Of a stretch of 64,000 nt of DNA, positions 40,701 through 52,599 are shown in pieces. Position numbers and translations under genes: made by a program. The first letter of the stretch is position 1, and each line of letters starts with the position of its first letter. The DNA comes from the human T2T-CHM13v2.0 reference genome, Homo sapiens. The notes below the pieces were generated by a model, which saw only the letters and a list, made by a program, of their open reading frames with translations, had not been told where the DNA came from and did no database searches. The stretch is from the NCBI RefSeq assembly GCF_009914755.1, contig NC_060947.1; one strand, written 5' to 3'.

Positions 40701-43700
40701 CCTCCCTCCCTCCCCACACACCTCCTCTTCCTCCCTCCCTCCCTCCCACACACCACCTCTTCCTCCTCCCTCCCTCCCCACACACCACCTCTTCCTCCCT
40801 CCCTCCCTCCCCACACACCTCTTCCTCCCTCCTCCCTCCCACACACCTCCTCTTCCTCCCTCCCTCCCTCCCCACACACCACCTCTTCCTCCCTCCCTCC
40901 CTCCCCTCACACCACCTCTTCCTCCCTCCCTCCCTCCCCACACACCACCTCTTCCTCCCTCCCTCCCCACACACCACCTCTTCCTCCCTCCCTCCCCACA
41001 CACCACCTCTTCCTCCCTCCCTCCCTCCCCACACACCACCTCTTCCTCCCTCCCTCCCCACACACCACCTCTTCCTCCCTCCCTCCCACACACCTCTTCC
41101 TCCTCCCTCCCTCCCCTCACACCACCTCTTCCTCCCTCCCTCCCTCCCCTCACACCACCTCTTCCTCCCTCCCTCCCTCCCCACACACCTCCTCTTCCTC
41201 CTCCCTCCCCACACACCACCTCTTCCTCCCTCCCTCCCTCCCCACACACCACCTCTTCCTCCCTCCCTCCCCACACACCTCTTCCTCCCTCCCTCCCTCC
41301 CACACACCACCTCTTCCTCCCTCCCTCCCCACACACCACCTCTTCCTCCCTCCCTCCCTCCCCACACACCTCCTCTTCCTCCCTCCCTCCCCACACACCT
41401 CTTCCTCCCTCCCTCCCTCCCCACACACCACCTCTTCCTCCCTCCCTCCCTCCCACACACCTCTTCCTCCCTCCCTCCCTCCCCACACACCACCTCTTCC
41501 TCCCTCCCTCCCTCCCCACACACCACCTCTTCCTCCCTCCTCCCCACACACCTCCTCTTCCTCCCTCCCTCCCTCCCCACACACCACCTCTTCCTCCCTC
41601 CCTCCCCACACACCTCTTCCTCCCTCCCTCCCCACACACCACCTCTTCCCCCCTCCCTCCCCACACACCACCTCTTCCTCCCTCCCTCCCTCCCCACACA
41701 CCTCCTCTTCCTCCCTCCCTCCCTCCCCACACACCACCTCTTCCTCCCTCCCTCCCCACACACTTCTTCCTCCCTCCCTCCCCACACACCTCCTCTTCCT
41801 CCCTCCCTCCCCACACACCTCTTCCTCCCTCCCTCCCCACACACCTCCTCTTCCTCCCTCCCTCCCCACACACCTCTTCCTCCCTCCCTCCCTCCCCACA
41901 CACCTCCTCTCCCTCCCTCCCTCCCTCCCTCCCCACACACCACCTCTTCCTCCCTCCCTCCCTCCCCACACACCTCCTCTTCCTCCCTCCCTCCCCACAC
42001 ACCACCTCTTCCTCCCTCCCTCCCTCCCCACACACCTCTTCCTCCCTCCCTCCCTCCCCACACACCACCTCTTCCTCCCTCCCTCCCCACACACCTCTTC
42101 CTCCCTCCCTCCCCACACACCACCTCTTCCTCCCTCCCTCCCCACACACCTCTTCCTCCCTCCCTCCCTCCCCACACACCTCCTCTCCCTCCCTCCCTCC
42201 CTCCCCACACACCTCCTCTTCCTCCCTCCCTCCCCACACACCTCTTCCTCCCTCCCTCCCTCCCCACACACCACCTCTTCCTCCCTCCCTCCCCACACAC
42301 CTCTTCCTCCCTCCCTCCTCCCCACACACCTCTTCCTCCCTCCCTCCCCACACACCACCTCTTTCCTCCTCCCTCCCTCCCCACACACCTCTTCCTCCCT
42401 CCCTCCCTCCCCACACACCTCTTCCTCCCTCCCTCCCTCCCCACACACCTCCTCTTCCTCCCTCCTCCCTCCCCACACACCACCTCTTCCTCCCTCCCCT
42501 CCCTCCCCTCACACCACCTCTTCCTCCCTCCCTCCCTCCCCACACACCACCTCTTCCTCCCTCCTCCCACACACCACCTCTTCCTCCCTCCCTCCCTCCC
42601 CACACACCACTCTTCCTCCCTCCCTCCCCACACACCTCCTCTTCCTCCCTCCCTCCCTCCCCACACACCACCTTCTTCCCTCCCTCCCCTCCCCACACAC
42701 CACCTCTTCCTCCTCCCTCCCTCCCCACACACCTCTTCCTCCCTCCCTCCCTCCCCACACACCTCCTCTTCCTCCCTCCCTCCCTCCCCACACACCACCT
42801 CTTCCTCCCTCCCTCCCTCCCCTCACACCACCTCTTCCTCCCTCCCTCCCTCCCCACACACCACCTCTTCCTCCCTCCCTCCCCACACACCACCTCTTCC
42901 TCCCTCCCTCCCCACACACCACCTCTTCCTCCCTCCCTCCCTCCCCACACACCACCTCTTCCTCCCTCCCTCCCACACACCACCTCTTCCTCCCTCCCTC
43001 CCCACACACCTCTTCCTCCCTCCCTCCCTCCCCTCACACCACCTCTTCCTCCCTCCCTCCCTCCCCTCACACCACCTCTTCCTCCCTCCCTCCCTCCCCA
43101 CACACCTCCTCTTCCTCCCTCCCTCCCCACACACCACCTCTTCCTCCCTCCCTCCCTCCCCACACACCACCTCTTCCTCCCTCCCTCCCCACACACCTCT
43201 TCCTCCCTCCCTCCCTCCCCACACACCACCTCTTCCTCCCTCCCTCCCCACACACCACCTCTTCCTCCCTCCCTCCCTCCCCACACACCTCCTCTTCCTC
43301 CCTCCCTCCCCACACACCTCTTCCTCCCTCCCTCCCTCCCCACACACCACCTCTTCCTCCCTCCCTCCCTCCCCACACACCTCTTCCTCCCTCCTCCCTC
43401 CCCACACACCACCTCTTCCTCCCTCCCTCCCTCCCCTCACACCACCTCTTCCTCCCTCCCTCCCTCCCCACACACCTCCTCTTCCTCCCTCCCTCCCCAC
43501 ACACCTCTTCCTCCCTCCCTCCCTCCCCACACACCACCTCTTCCTCCCTCCCTCCCCACACACCACCTCTTCCTCCCTCCCTCCCTCCCCACACACCACC
43601 TCTTCCTCCCTCCCTCCCTCCCCACACACCACCTCTTCCTCCCTCCCTCCCTCCCCACACACACCTCTTCCTCCCTCCCTCCCTCCCCACACACCTCTTC

Positions 43701-46600
43701 CTCCTCCCTCCCTCCCCTCACACCACCTCTTCCTCCCTCCCTCCCTCCCCACACACCTCTTCCTCCCTCCCTCCCTCCCCACACACCTCTTCCTCCCTCC
43801 CTCCCTCCCCACACACCACCTCTTCCTCCCTCCCTCCCCACACACCTCTTCCTCCCTCCCTCCCTCCCCACACACCACCTCTTCCTCCCTCCCTCCCCAC
43901 ACACCACCTCTTCCTCCCCCTCCCTCCCTCCCCACACACCACCTCTTCCTCCCTCCCTCCCCACACACCACCTCTTCCTCCCTCCTCCCCACACACCCAC
44001 CTCTTCCTCCCTCCCTCCCTCCCCACACACCACCTCTTCCTCCCTCCCTCCCCACACACCACCTCTTCCTCCCTCCCTCCCTCCCTCCCCACACACCACC
44101 TCTTCCTCCCTCCCTCCCCACACACCTCTTCCCTCCCTCCCTCCCTCCCCCACACACCCACCTCTTCCTCCCCTCCCTCCCCACACACCACCTCTTCCTC
44201 CCTCCCTCCCTCCCCACACACCACCTCTTCCTCCCTCCCTCCCTCCCCACACACCTCTTCCTCCCTCCCTCCCCACACACCACCTCTTCCTCCCTCCCTC
44301 CCTCCCTCCCCACACACCACCTCTTCCTCCCTCCCTCCCCACACACCTCTTCCTCCCTCCCTCCCTCCCCACACACCACCTCTTCCTCCCTCCCTCCCCA
44401 CACACCACCTCTTCCTCCCTCCCTCCCTCCCCACACACCTCCTCTTCCTCCCTCCCTCCCCACACACCACCTCTTCCTCCCTCCCTCCCCACACACCCCA
44501 CCTCTTCCTCCCTCCCTCCCCACACACCACCTCTTCCTCCCTCCCTCCCTCCCTCCCACACACCACCTCTTCCTCCCTCCCTCCCCACACACCACCTCTT
44601 CCTCCCTCCCTCCCTCCCCACACACCACCTCTTCCCTCCCTCCCTCCCCACACACCACCTCTTCCTCCCTCCTCCCTCCCTCCCCACACACCACCTCTTC
44701 CTCCCTCCCTCCCCACACACCTCTTCCTCCTCCCTCCCTCCCCACACACCACCTCTTCCTCCCTCCTCCCCACACACCACCTCTTCTCCCTCCCTCCCTC
44801 CCTCCCCACACACCACCTCTTCCTCCCTCCCTCCCCACACACCTCTTCCTCCCTCCCTCCCTCCCACACACCTCCTCTTCCTCCCTCCCTCCCCACACAC
44901 CTCTTCCTCCCTCCCTCCCTCCCCACACACCACCTCTTCCTCCCTCCCTCCCCACACACCACCTCTTCCTCCCTCCCTCCCTCCCCACACACCTCCTCTT
45001 CCTCCCTCCCTCCCCACACACCTCTTCCTCCCTCCCTCCCTCCCCCACACACCACCTCTTCCTCCCTCCCTCCCCACACACCACCTCTTCCTCCCTCCCT
45101 CCCTCCCCACACACCTCTTCCTCCCTCCCTCCCTCCCCACACACCACCTCTTCCTCCCTCCCTCCCTCCCCACACACCACGTCTTCCTCCCTCCCTCCCT
45201 CCCCACACACCTCTTCCTCCCTCCCTCCCTCCCCACACACCTCCTCTTCCCCCCTCCCTCCCTCCCCCCACACCTCTTCCTCCCTCCCTCCCTCCCCACA
45301 CACCACCTCTTCCCCCCTCCCTCCCCCCCACACACCTCTTCCTCCTCCCTCCTCACACACCACCTCTTCTCCCTCCCTCCCTCCCCACACACTTCTTCCT
45401 CCCTCCCTCCCCACACCCTCCTCTTCCTCCCTCCCTCCCCACACACCACCTCTTCCTCCCTCCCTCCCCACACACCTCTTCCCCCTCCCTCCCCACACAC
45501 CACCTCTTCCCCCTCCCTCCCCACACACCACCTCTTCCCCCCTCCCTCCCTCCCTCCCCACACACCTCCTCTTCCTCCCTCCCTCCCCACACACCACCTC
45601 TTCCTCCCTCCCTCCCCACACACCTCTTCCTCCCTCCCTCCCCACACACCACCTCTTCCTCCCTCCCTCCCCACACACCACCTCTTCCTCCCTCCCTCCC
45701 TCCCCACACACCACCTCTTCCTCCCTCCCTCCCTCCCCACACACCACCTCTCCTCCCTCCCTCCCCACACACCTCCTCTTCCTCCCTCCCTCCCTCCCCA
45801 CACACCACCTCTTCCTCCCTCCCTCCCCACACACCTCTTCCTCCCTCCCTCCCCACACACCACCTCTTCCCCCCTCCCTCCCCACACACCACCTCTTCCT
45901 CCCTCCCTCCCTCCCCACACACCTCCTCTTCCTCCCTCCCTCCCTCCCCACACACCACCTCTTCCTCCCTCCCTCCCCACACACTTCTTCCTCCCTCCCT
46001 CCCCACACACCTCCTCTTCCTCCCTCCCTCCCCACACACCTCTTCCTCCCTCCCTCCCCACACACCTCCTCTTCCTCCCTCCCTCCCCACACACCTCTTC
46101 CTCCCTCCCTCCCTCCCCACACACCTCCTCTCCCTCCCTCCCTCCCTCCCTCCCCACACACCACCTCTTCCTCCCTCCCTCCTCCCCACACACCTCCTCT
46201 TCCTCCCTCCCTCCCCCACACTTCTTCCTCCCTCCCTCCCCACACACCTCCTCTTCCTCCCTCCCTCCCACACACCTCTTCCTCCCTCCCTCCTCACACA
46301 CCACCTCTTCCTCCCTCCCTCCCTCCCCACACACTTCTTCCTCCCTCCCTCCCCACACACCTCCTCTTCCTCCCTCCCTCCCCACACACCTCTTCCTCCC
46401 TCCCTCCCCACACACCACCTCTTCCTCCCTCCCTCCCCACACACCTCTTCCTCCCTCCCTCCCCACACACCACCTCTTCCCCCCTCCCTCCCCACACACC
46501 ACCTCTTCCCCCCCTCCCTCCCTCCCCACACACCACCTCTTCCTCCCTCCCTCCCTCCCCACACACCACCTCTTCCCCCCTCCCTCCCTCCCTCCCCACC
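34714..46600. repeat. RU2 VNTR of the CRI-S232 element (~11.9 kb, roughly 400 units of 26/29/30/33 bp)
   Basis: Unit CCCCACACA[CCA|CCT|-]CCTCTTCCT(CCCT)2-3; extreme strand asymmetry; lies immediately 3' of a VCX gene as known for S232 repeats. Confidence 0.95.
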
Positions 46601-46645
46601 ATCAGAGAACACGGAGTCACTCAGATCAATTTGCAACACATTCAT

Positions 46646-46651
46646 TTTATT
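46646..46651 (-). terminator. VCX2 polyadenylation signal AATAAA
   Basis: TTTATT on the + strand, 62 nt after the stop codon. Confidence 0.85.
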
Positions 46652-46713
46652 ATCTTCAGAATGGCAAGCACCCCGCTGGTGAGATCTCTGAGGTCTGGCG
46701 GCTGGGCCTGAAC

Positions 46714-47550
<837 letters not shown>

Positions 47551-48054
47551 TGACATCTAATGAGGAAGGCAGGGTGCTCTAATTGGAGAAAGGGAGATTT
47601 GGGTTAGCACCCCTAAAGATAGTTCCCAAACTGACATGTCGCCCCTCCTAAACTCCCCATGTTCAATTTTGGCAGATCACGTGGCACGGGAGGATATTTC
47701 CGCCACATGTTTCCCCCGGACCTCCCATTCAGTGGTACATTCTGTTCCTCCACACCTGCCATCATTACCCAGTTTCTGTATGACCTATCTAAAATCCCTC
47801 CATGCTAACTGGGATGGATGGAGGGCTATACGAAGATGTCAATCATCCCTCTCTCCTACAAATTCCTCTGCTACACCTTGAGGATCATTCACTTCTTGGA
47901 TGCCATGAAACAACTTTTCCATCTCACATACTTCTCCCAGCATCCACATAGTGCCTCACAATTTTTCATTCTCATGGTTTAAAGCACTGGCTTCCAGAGG
48001 TCAAGATCAGCAAACACACTCTCTCAGCTGGGTATCGGTATCAGGCTGGGTTTC

Positions 48055-48281
48055 GGTATCAGGCTGGGTTCCTCAGAGAAGGAGAAACTAAACCAACAGG
48101 ATATTGTGTGTGTGTGTGTGTGTGTGTAATATTATATATCATAAATATATATTTACTATCATGTAGTATTTATGAATTATATATATGATACAGTTTATTC
48201 TAAGTAATTGGCTCACACATTCACTCAATGTGGGGGTCTAGGAAGCTGAAATATATAGGGCAAGTGAGCAGGCTGGAAACT
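48055..48281 (-). mobile_element. MLT2-family LTR fragment with (TG)n
   Basis: GGGTTCCTCAGAGAA...AACCAACAGGA(TG)n...AATTGGCTCACA. Confidence 0.55.
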
Positions 48282-48740
48282 AAAAGCTTCTGCACAGCCA
48301 ACAGTCAACAAAATGAAAAGGCAGGCTATGGTTTGGGAGAAGCTATTTGCGAACCATGTATCTAATAATGAGTTAATATCCAAAATATATAAAGAACTCA
48401 CACAGCTCAATAGCAAATAAATAAATAGTCTGGTTAACAAATAGGCAAAGGACTTGAATAGGCATTTCTAGAAGGAAAACACACAACTGGCCAACAGGTA
48501 TATGAAAATGTGCTCAACATCGTTAATAATCAGAGAATGCAAATGAAAACCACAATGAACTATCACCTCACTGTTACACGCTGTTGACAGACGTGTAATT
48601 GGTACAGCCGTTATAAAAAACAGTGTAATGGTTCCTTGGAAAATCAAAATAGATCTACCATGTGACCCAGCAGTTCATCTGTTAAGTATGTACCACCCCC
48701 CAAAAATGAAGTCCACATCTCATATAGATATCTCCAGTAC
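48282..48740 (+). mobile_element. Old L1M ORF2 3' fragment
   Basis: AAAAGCTTCTGCACAGC...AATATCCAAAATATATAAAGAACTC. Confidence 0.8.
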
Positions 48741-49869
48741 TAACTAATTGTAACTCATTAATTACACAGGAAATTAGAGTTTCTATTTGAAAAGAATGTT
48801 TTTTTCACCATTCTGGTATCAAATATTTATTCTAGTCATCTCTTCTTATTTCTTGCTTTGTAATAACCTAGGTACTCACTACCCATTGACAGAACCAACT
48901 TATTATTCCAACAAGAAATGAGAAATACTGAGGAGAATGCAATGTGATACTTCTGTCTTCAACCAGTTATTCCAGTTTTATGGAGGATTCTGTATTTAAC
49001 TCTTACTCAGGTAACTCTAGTTACCAAATCCATAGTACCTAGTCAACAATCCTAAAAAAGTAAGAATACAGAATTGACTCGAATGGTTACTAAACTTTCT
49101 ATGTTCAACCAGTTTTCCTAGTAATTGCTAGTTGTTTGTTCAACTAGTACTGAGAAGAATTTGTTTATTCCAGGTACTGGCTTCATGTAGTTATCTCTAG
49201 TTAATTACTCACTTGGATAAAGTAGATATCTACTATATTAGGTAATATTTCTAACATGAGGTTGGAATTTTGCATTGAGGAAAATGGTTATTGAACTCCC
49301 TGGCATAGGCCAGTTATCTTCAGCTTCCTGCAATCAATTACCTGGTCTGGCTAATTCTAGCTATCTTTAGGTTGCTAATTACATGTTTACCACCAGATGT
49401 CTGTGGTAATTTATTATTCCAACAAAAAATAGTAGAATGATTAGGAAGGATTTTGCTTTTTCCAGGCATCACATAGATATTCAAATTATCTCCTGTTATC
49501 CTTTGGACCTTTTTTTCCTGGGTAGCACTCAGCACCTATCCTTATAAGTTCTTATACCAACTAAAATGAATAATTGAGACTTGCAAAGAACACGATTTTC
49601 AGGATCAGGTTCACTTAGTATTGCAATGACTGTTAGCTCTTTCTATGTAACGTGTTTCATGGGAAAGCCCAGTTAAGTAGAACTCATATATTAACTCAAC
49701 ACCAACAAAATTTTATCTGACCTGACTAGATTCCCTATGTTCTACATTCCACTGAACTATTGTTGTTGTCTCTATTTTACTACTTACTTAGGTATATGAC
49801 TCATCTGTAGTAGTAATTCATTATTCCAACAATAACTCAGCAGTAAGTGGTGAGAAGAACGTGATTTTA

Positions 49870-51820
49870 TTTTTAAAATTTATTTTTACTGAGGTAAAAT
49901 ATACACATGTAATGCACCCTCTTTACCACTTGTAAGTGTGCAGTTCAGTGGTAATATTTATATTCTTGTATTTATATTCTTTTATTTCCCCTTCATCCCC
50001 CGCTTCCCCTTCTGGCCTCTGGTAACCATCACTATAGTCACCATCTTCATGAGAACCACTTTTTTAGCTCCCATATATGAGTGAAAACATGCAATCTTTG
50101 TTTTTCTGTGCCTGGCTTATTTCCTTTAACATAATATCCAGTCATTCTTTTTATGCCTGGATAATATTCCATTGTGTACATATGCCACATTTGCCTAATC
50201 CATTCATCCGTCGATGGGCACTTAGGCTAAATCCATATTTTGGCTATCGTGACTTGCAATACACATGAGTATGCAGATATATCTCTTTGATATACAGATA
50301 AATTTATTTATCTATCTATCCATCTCTCTCTCTCTCTCTCTCTTTCCCCAGCAGTGGAATACTTGGATCATATACTAGTTCTATTTTTAGGATTTTGAGG
50401 AACCCCATACTGTTCTCCATAGGGGCTGTAGTAAATTACATTCCCACCAACAGTGTACACAGGTTCCCCTTTCTCCACCTCCTTGCTAGCATCTGTTCAT
50501 GCCTGTCTTTTGATAAAAGCCATTTTAACTGGGGTGAGATGATATTGCATTGTTTTGATTTGTATTTCTCTGATGATTCATAATAAGCATATTTTCATAT
50601 GCCTGCTGGTCATTTTTGTGTCTTCTTTTGAGAAATATCTATTCAGATTATTTGTCCATTTTTAAGTCAGATTGTTTGTTATTAAATTTTTTGAGCTCCT
50701 TATGTATTCTGATTATGAATCCCTTATCAGATGGATACTTTGCAAATATTTTCTGCCATTCTGTGGGTTGTCTCTTCACTTGGTTGATAATTTCCTTTGC
50801 TATGCAGAAGCTTTTTAACTTGATGTAATCCCAGTAGTTTATTTTTGCTTTGGTTCTTGTGCTTTTGAGGTCGTACTCAAGAAGTCTTTGCCCAGACCAA
50901 TGTCCTGGAGCATTTCCCCAATGTTTCTTGGTGGTTTCAGTTACAGGTCATAAATTCAAGTCTTTTTTTCTTTTTTTTTTTCAACAGAGTCTCATCTCAC
51001 TCTGTTGTTCAGGCCTAGGCTGGAGTGCAGTGTCACCATCTCAGTTCACTATAACATCCACCTCCTCGGTTCAAGTGATTCTCGTGCCCCAGCCTCCAGA
51101 GTAGCTGGGATTACAGGTGTGCACCACCACACCTGGCTAAGTTTTGTAGTTTTTGTAGAGACGGGGTTTCACCATACTGGCCAGGCTGGTCTCAAACCCC
51201 TGACCTCAAGTGACCCACTCACCTCGACCTCCCAAAGTGCTAGGATTACAGGCGTGAGCCACCACTCCCAGCCAGATTCAAGTCTTTAACCCATTTTTGA
51301 TTTGCTTTTTGTGTGTGGTGAAAGATAGGAATCTAGTTTCATTCTTCTGCATATACTTATCCAGCTTTCTAGTACTATTTATTGACATGTCGGTCTTTTC
51401 AGCATCATATGTTCTTTTTGTCTTTGTTTCAGTTGAGTTGGTTGTAAGCATGTGGCTTTATATATGGGTTCTCTATTCTGCTCCATTTGTCTCTGTGTCT
51501 GTTTTTAAGCCAGTACCATGCTGCTTGGTTTACTATAGCTTTGTAGTAAATTTTGAAGTCAGGTAGTGTGATGCTTCCAGCTTTTCACTTTTTGCTCAGG
51601 ATTGCTTTGGCTATTTGAGGTATTTTATGGTTTCCTATGAATATTATAAGTTTTTTCCTATTTCTGTGAAGAATGTCATTGGTATTTTGATAGGACTTGC
51701 ATTTAATCTGTTAATCGCTTTGGTGAGTATTGTGATTTATACAATATTAATCCTGTCAATCTATGAGCCTGGACTATCTTTCCATGTTTTTGTGTCCTGA
51801 GAAGACAGTGTTTTTTAAAT
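49870..51820 (-). mobile_element. L1MA/MB-type 3' portion interrupted by an Alu
   Basis: Long reverse L1 ORF2/3'UTR sequence (e.g. TATTTCTGTGAAGAATGTCATTGGTATTTTGATAGG). Confidence 0.8.
50962..51273 (-). mobile_element. Alu (older S/J type)
   Basis: Reverse Alu with TSD ATTCAAGTCTTT. Confidence 0.88.
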
Positions 51821-51890
51821 TTCTGTATTTAGTTTTTTTAGCTATTATTACTTATTCCTAGTAAACTAATTACCTGGGTACTGGCAGGTA

Positions 51891-52165
51891 CAGGTCGACC
51901 TCGTTTTATTGTGATGTACGTTATTGTGTTTATAGATATTGTGTGTTTTTTATAAACTGAAGGTTTCTGGCAACTGTCAAGCATGTCAGTGTCATTTTTC
52001 CAACAGCATGTGCCCACTTCATGTCCCTGTGTCACATTTTGGTAATTCTCACAATATTTCCAACTTTTCCATCATTATTATATCTGTTATGATGATTTCT
52101 GATCAGTGATCTTTGATGTTATTATTGTAATTGCTTTAGGACTCCAGAAACTGGGCCCATATAAG
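51891..52165 (+). mobile_element. Tigger1 5' end fragment
   Basis: TA|CAGGTCGACCTCGTTTTATTG...TTTTTCCAACAGCATGTGC. Confidence 0.75.
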
Positions 52166-52244
52166 AACACACAAGGAGGCATCGCACTACCTGACTTCAA
52201 AATATACTACAAAGGTATATTTCAAAATATACTACAGATCTACA

Positions 52245-52403
52245 GGAGGAGAAAGATGGCAGAATAGAATGCTTCACTGATTGTCCCCCTGACCCCCCAC
52301 TAAGGACACCAATTTAACAACTATCTACACAGAGAAAAACATCTTCATGAGAACCAAAAATCAAGTGAACACCCATAGTACCTGGTTTTAACTTCATATA
52401 GCT
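52245..52403 (+). mobile_element. Old L1 5'UTR start fragment
   Basis: AAGATGGCAGAATAGAA...AAGGACACCAATTTAACAACTATCTACAC. Confidence 0.6.
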
Positions 52404-52598
52404 TGATATGGTTTGGCTGTGTCCCCACCGAAATCTCAACTTGACTTGTATCTCCCAGAATTCCGACATGTTATGGGAGGGACCTAGGGGGAGGTAATTG
52501 AATCATGGGGGCCGGTCTTTCCTGTGCTAATCTCATGATAGTGAATAAGTCTCACGAGATCTGATGGGTTTATCAGGGGTTTCTGCTTTTGCTGCTTC
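52404..52598 (+). mobile_element. THE1A LTR, 5' half
   Basis: TGATATGGTTTGGCTGTGTCCCCACC...GGGTTTATCAGGGGTTTC. Confidence 0.8.
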
Positions 52599-52599
52599 T

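Noticed and set aside
36150-46300. Singleton 1-bp indel variants in RU2 as biological signal
   Set aside because: C-homopolymer, GA-rich sequence is error-prone in long-read consensus, so only recurrent markers were used.
34714-46600. CRISPR-like or telomere-like array
   Set aside because: No unique spacers, no cas genes and no TTAGGG; this is a mammalian VNTR.
34676-46711. 4011-aa and 3997-aa Pro/Ser/His-rich ORFs on the + strand
   Set aside because: With almost no G and no TAA in the repeat, stop codons cannot occur. The starts are GTG, several frames are equally open, and there is no gene context.
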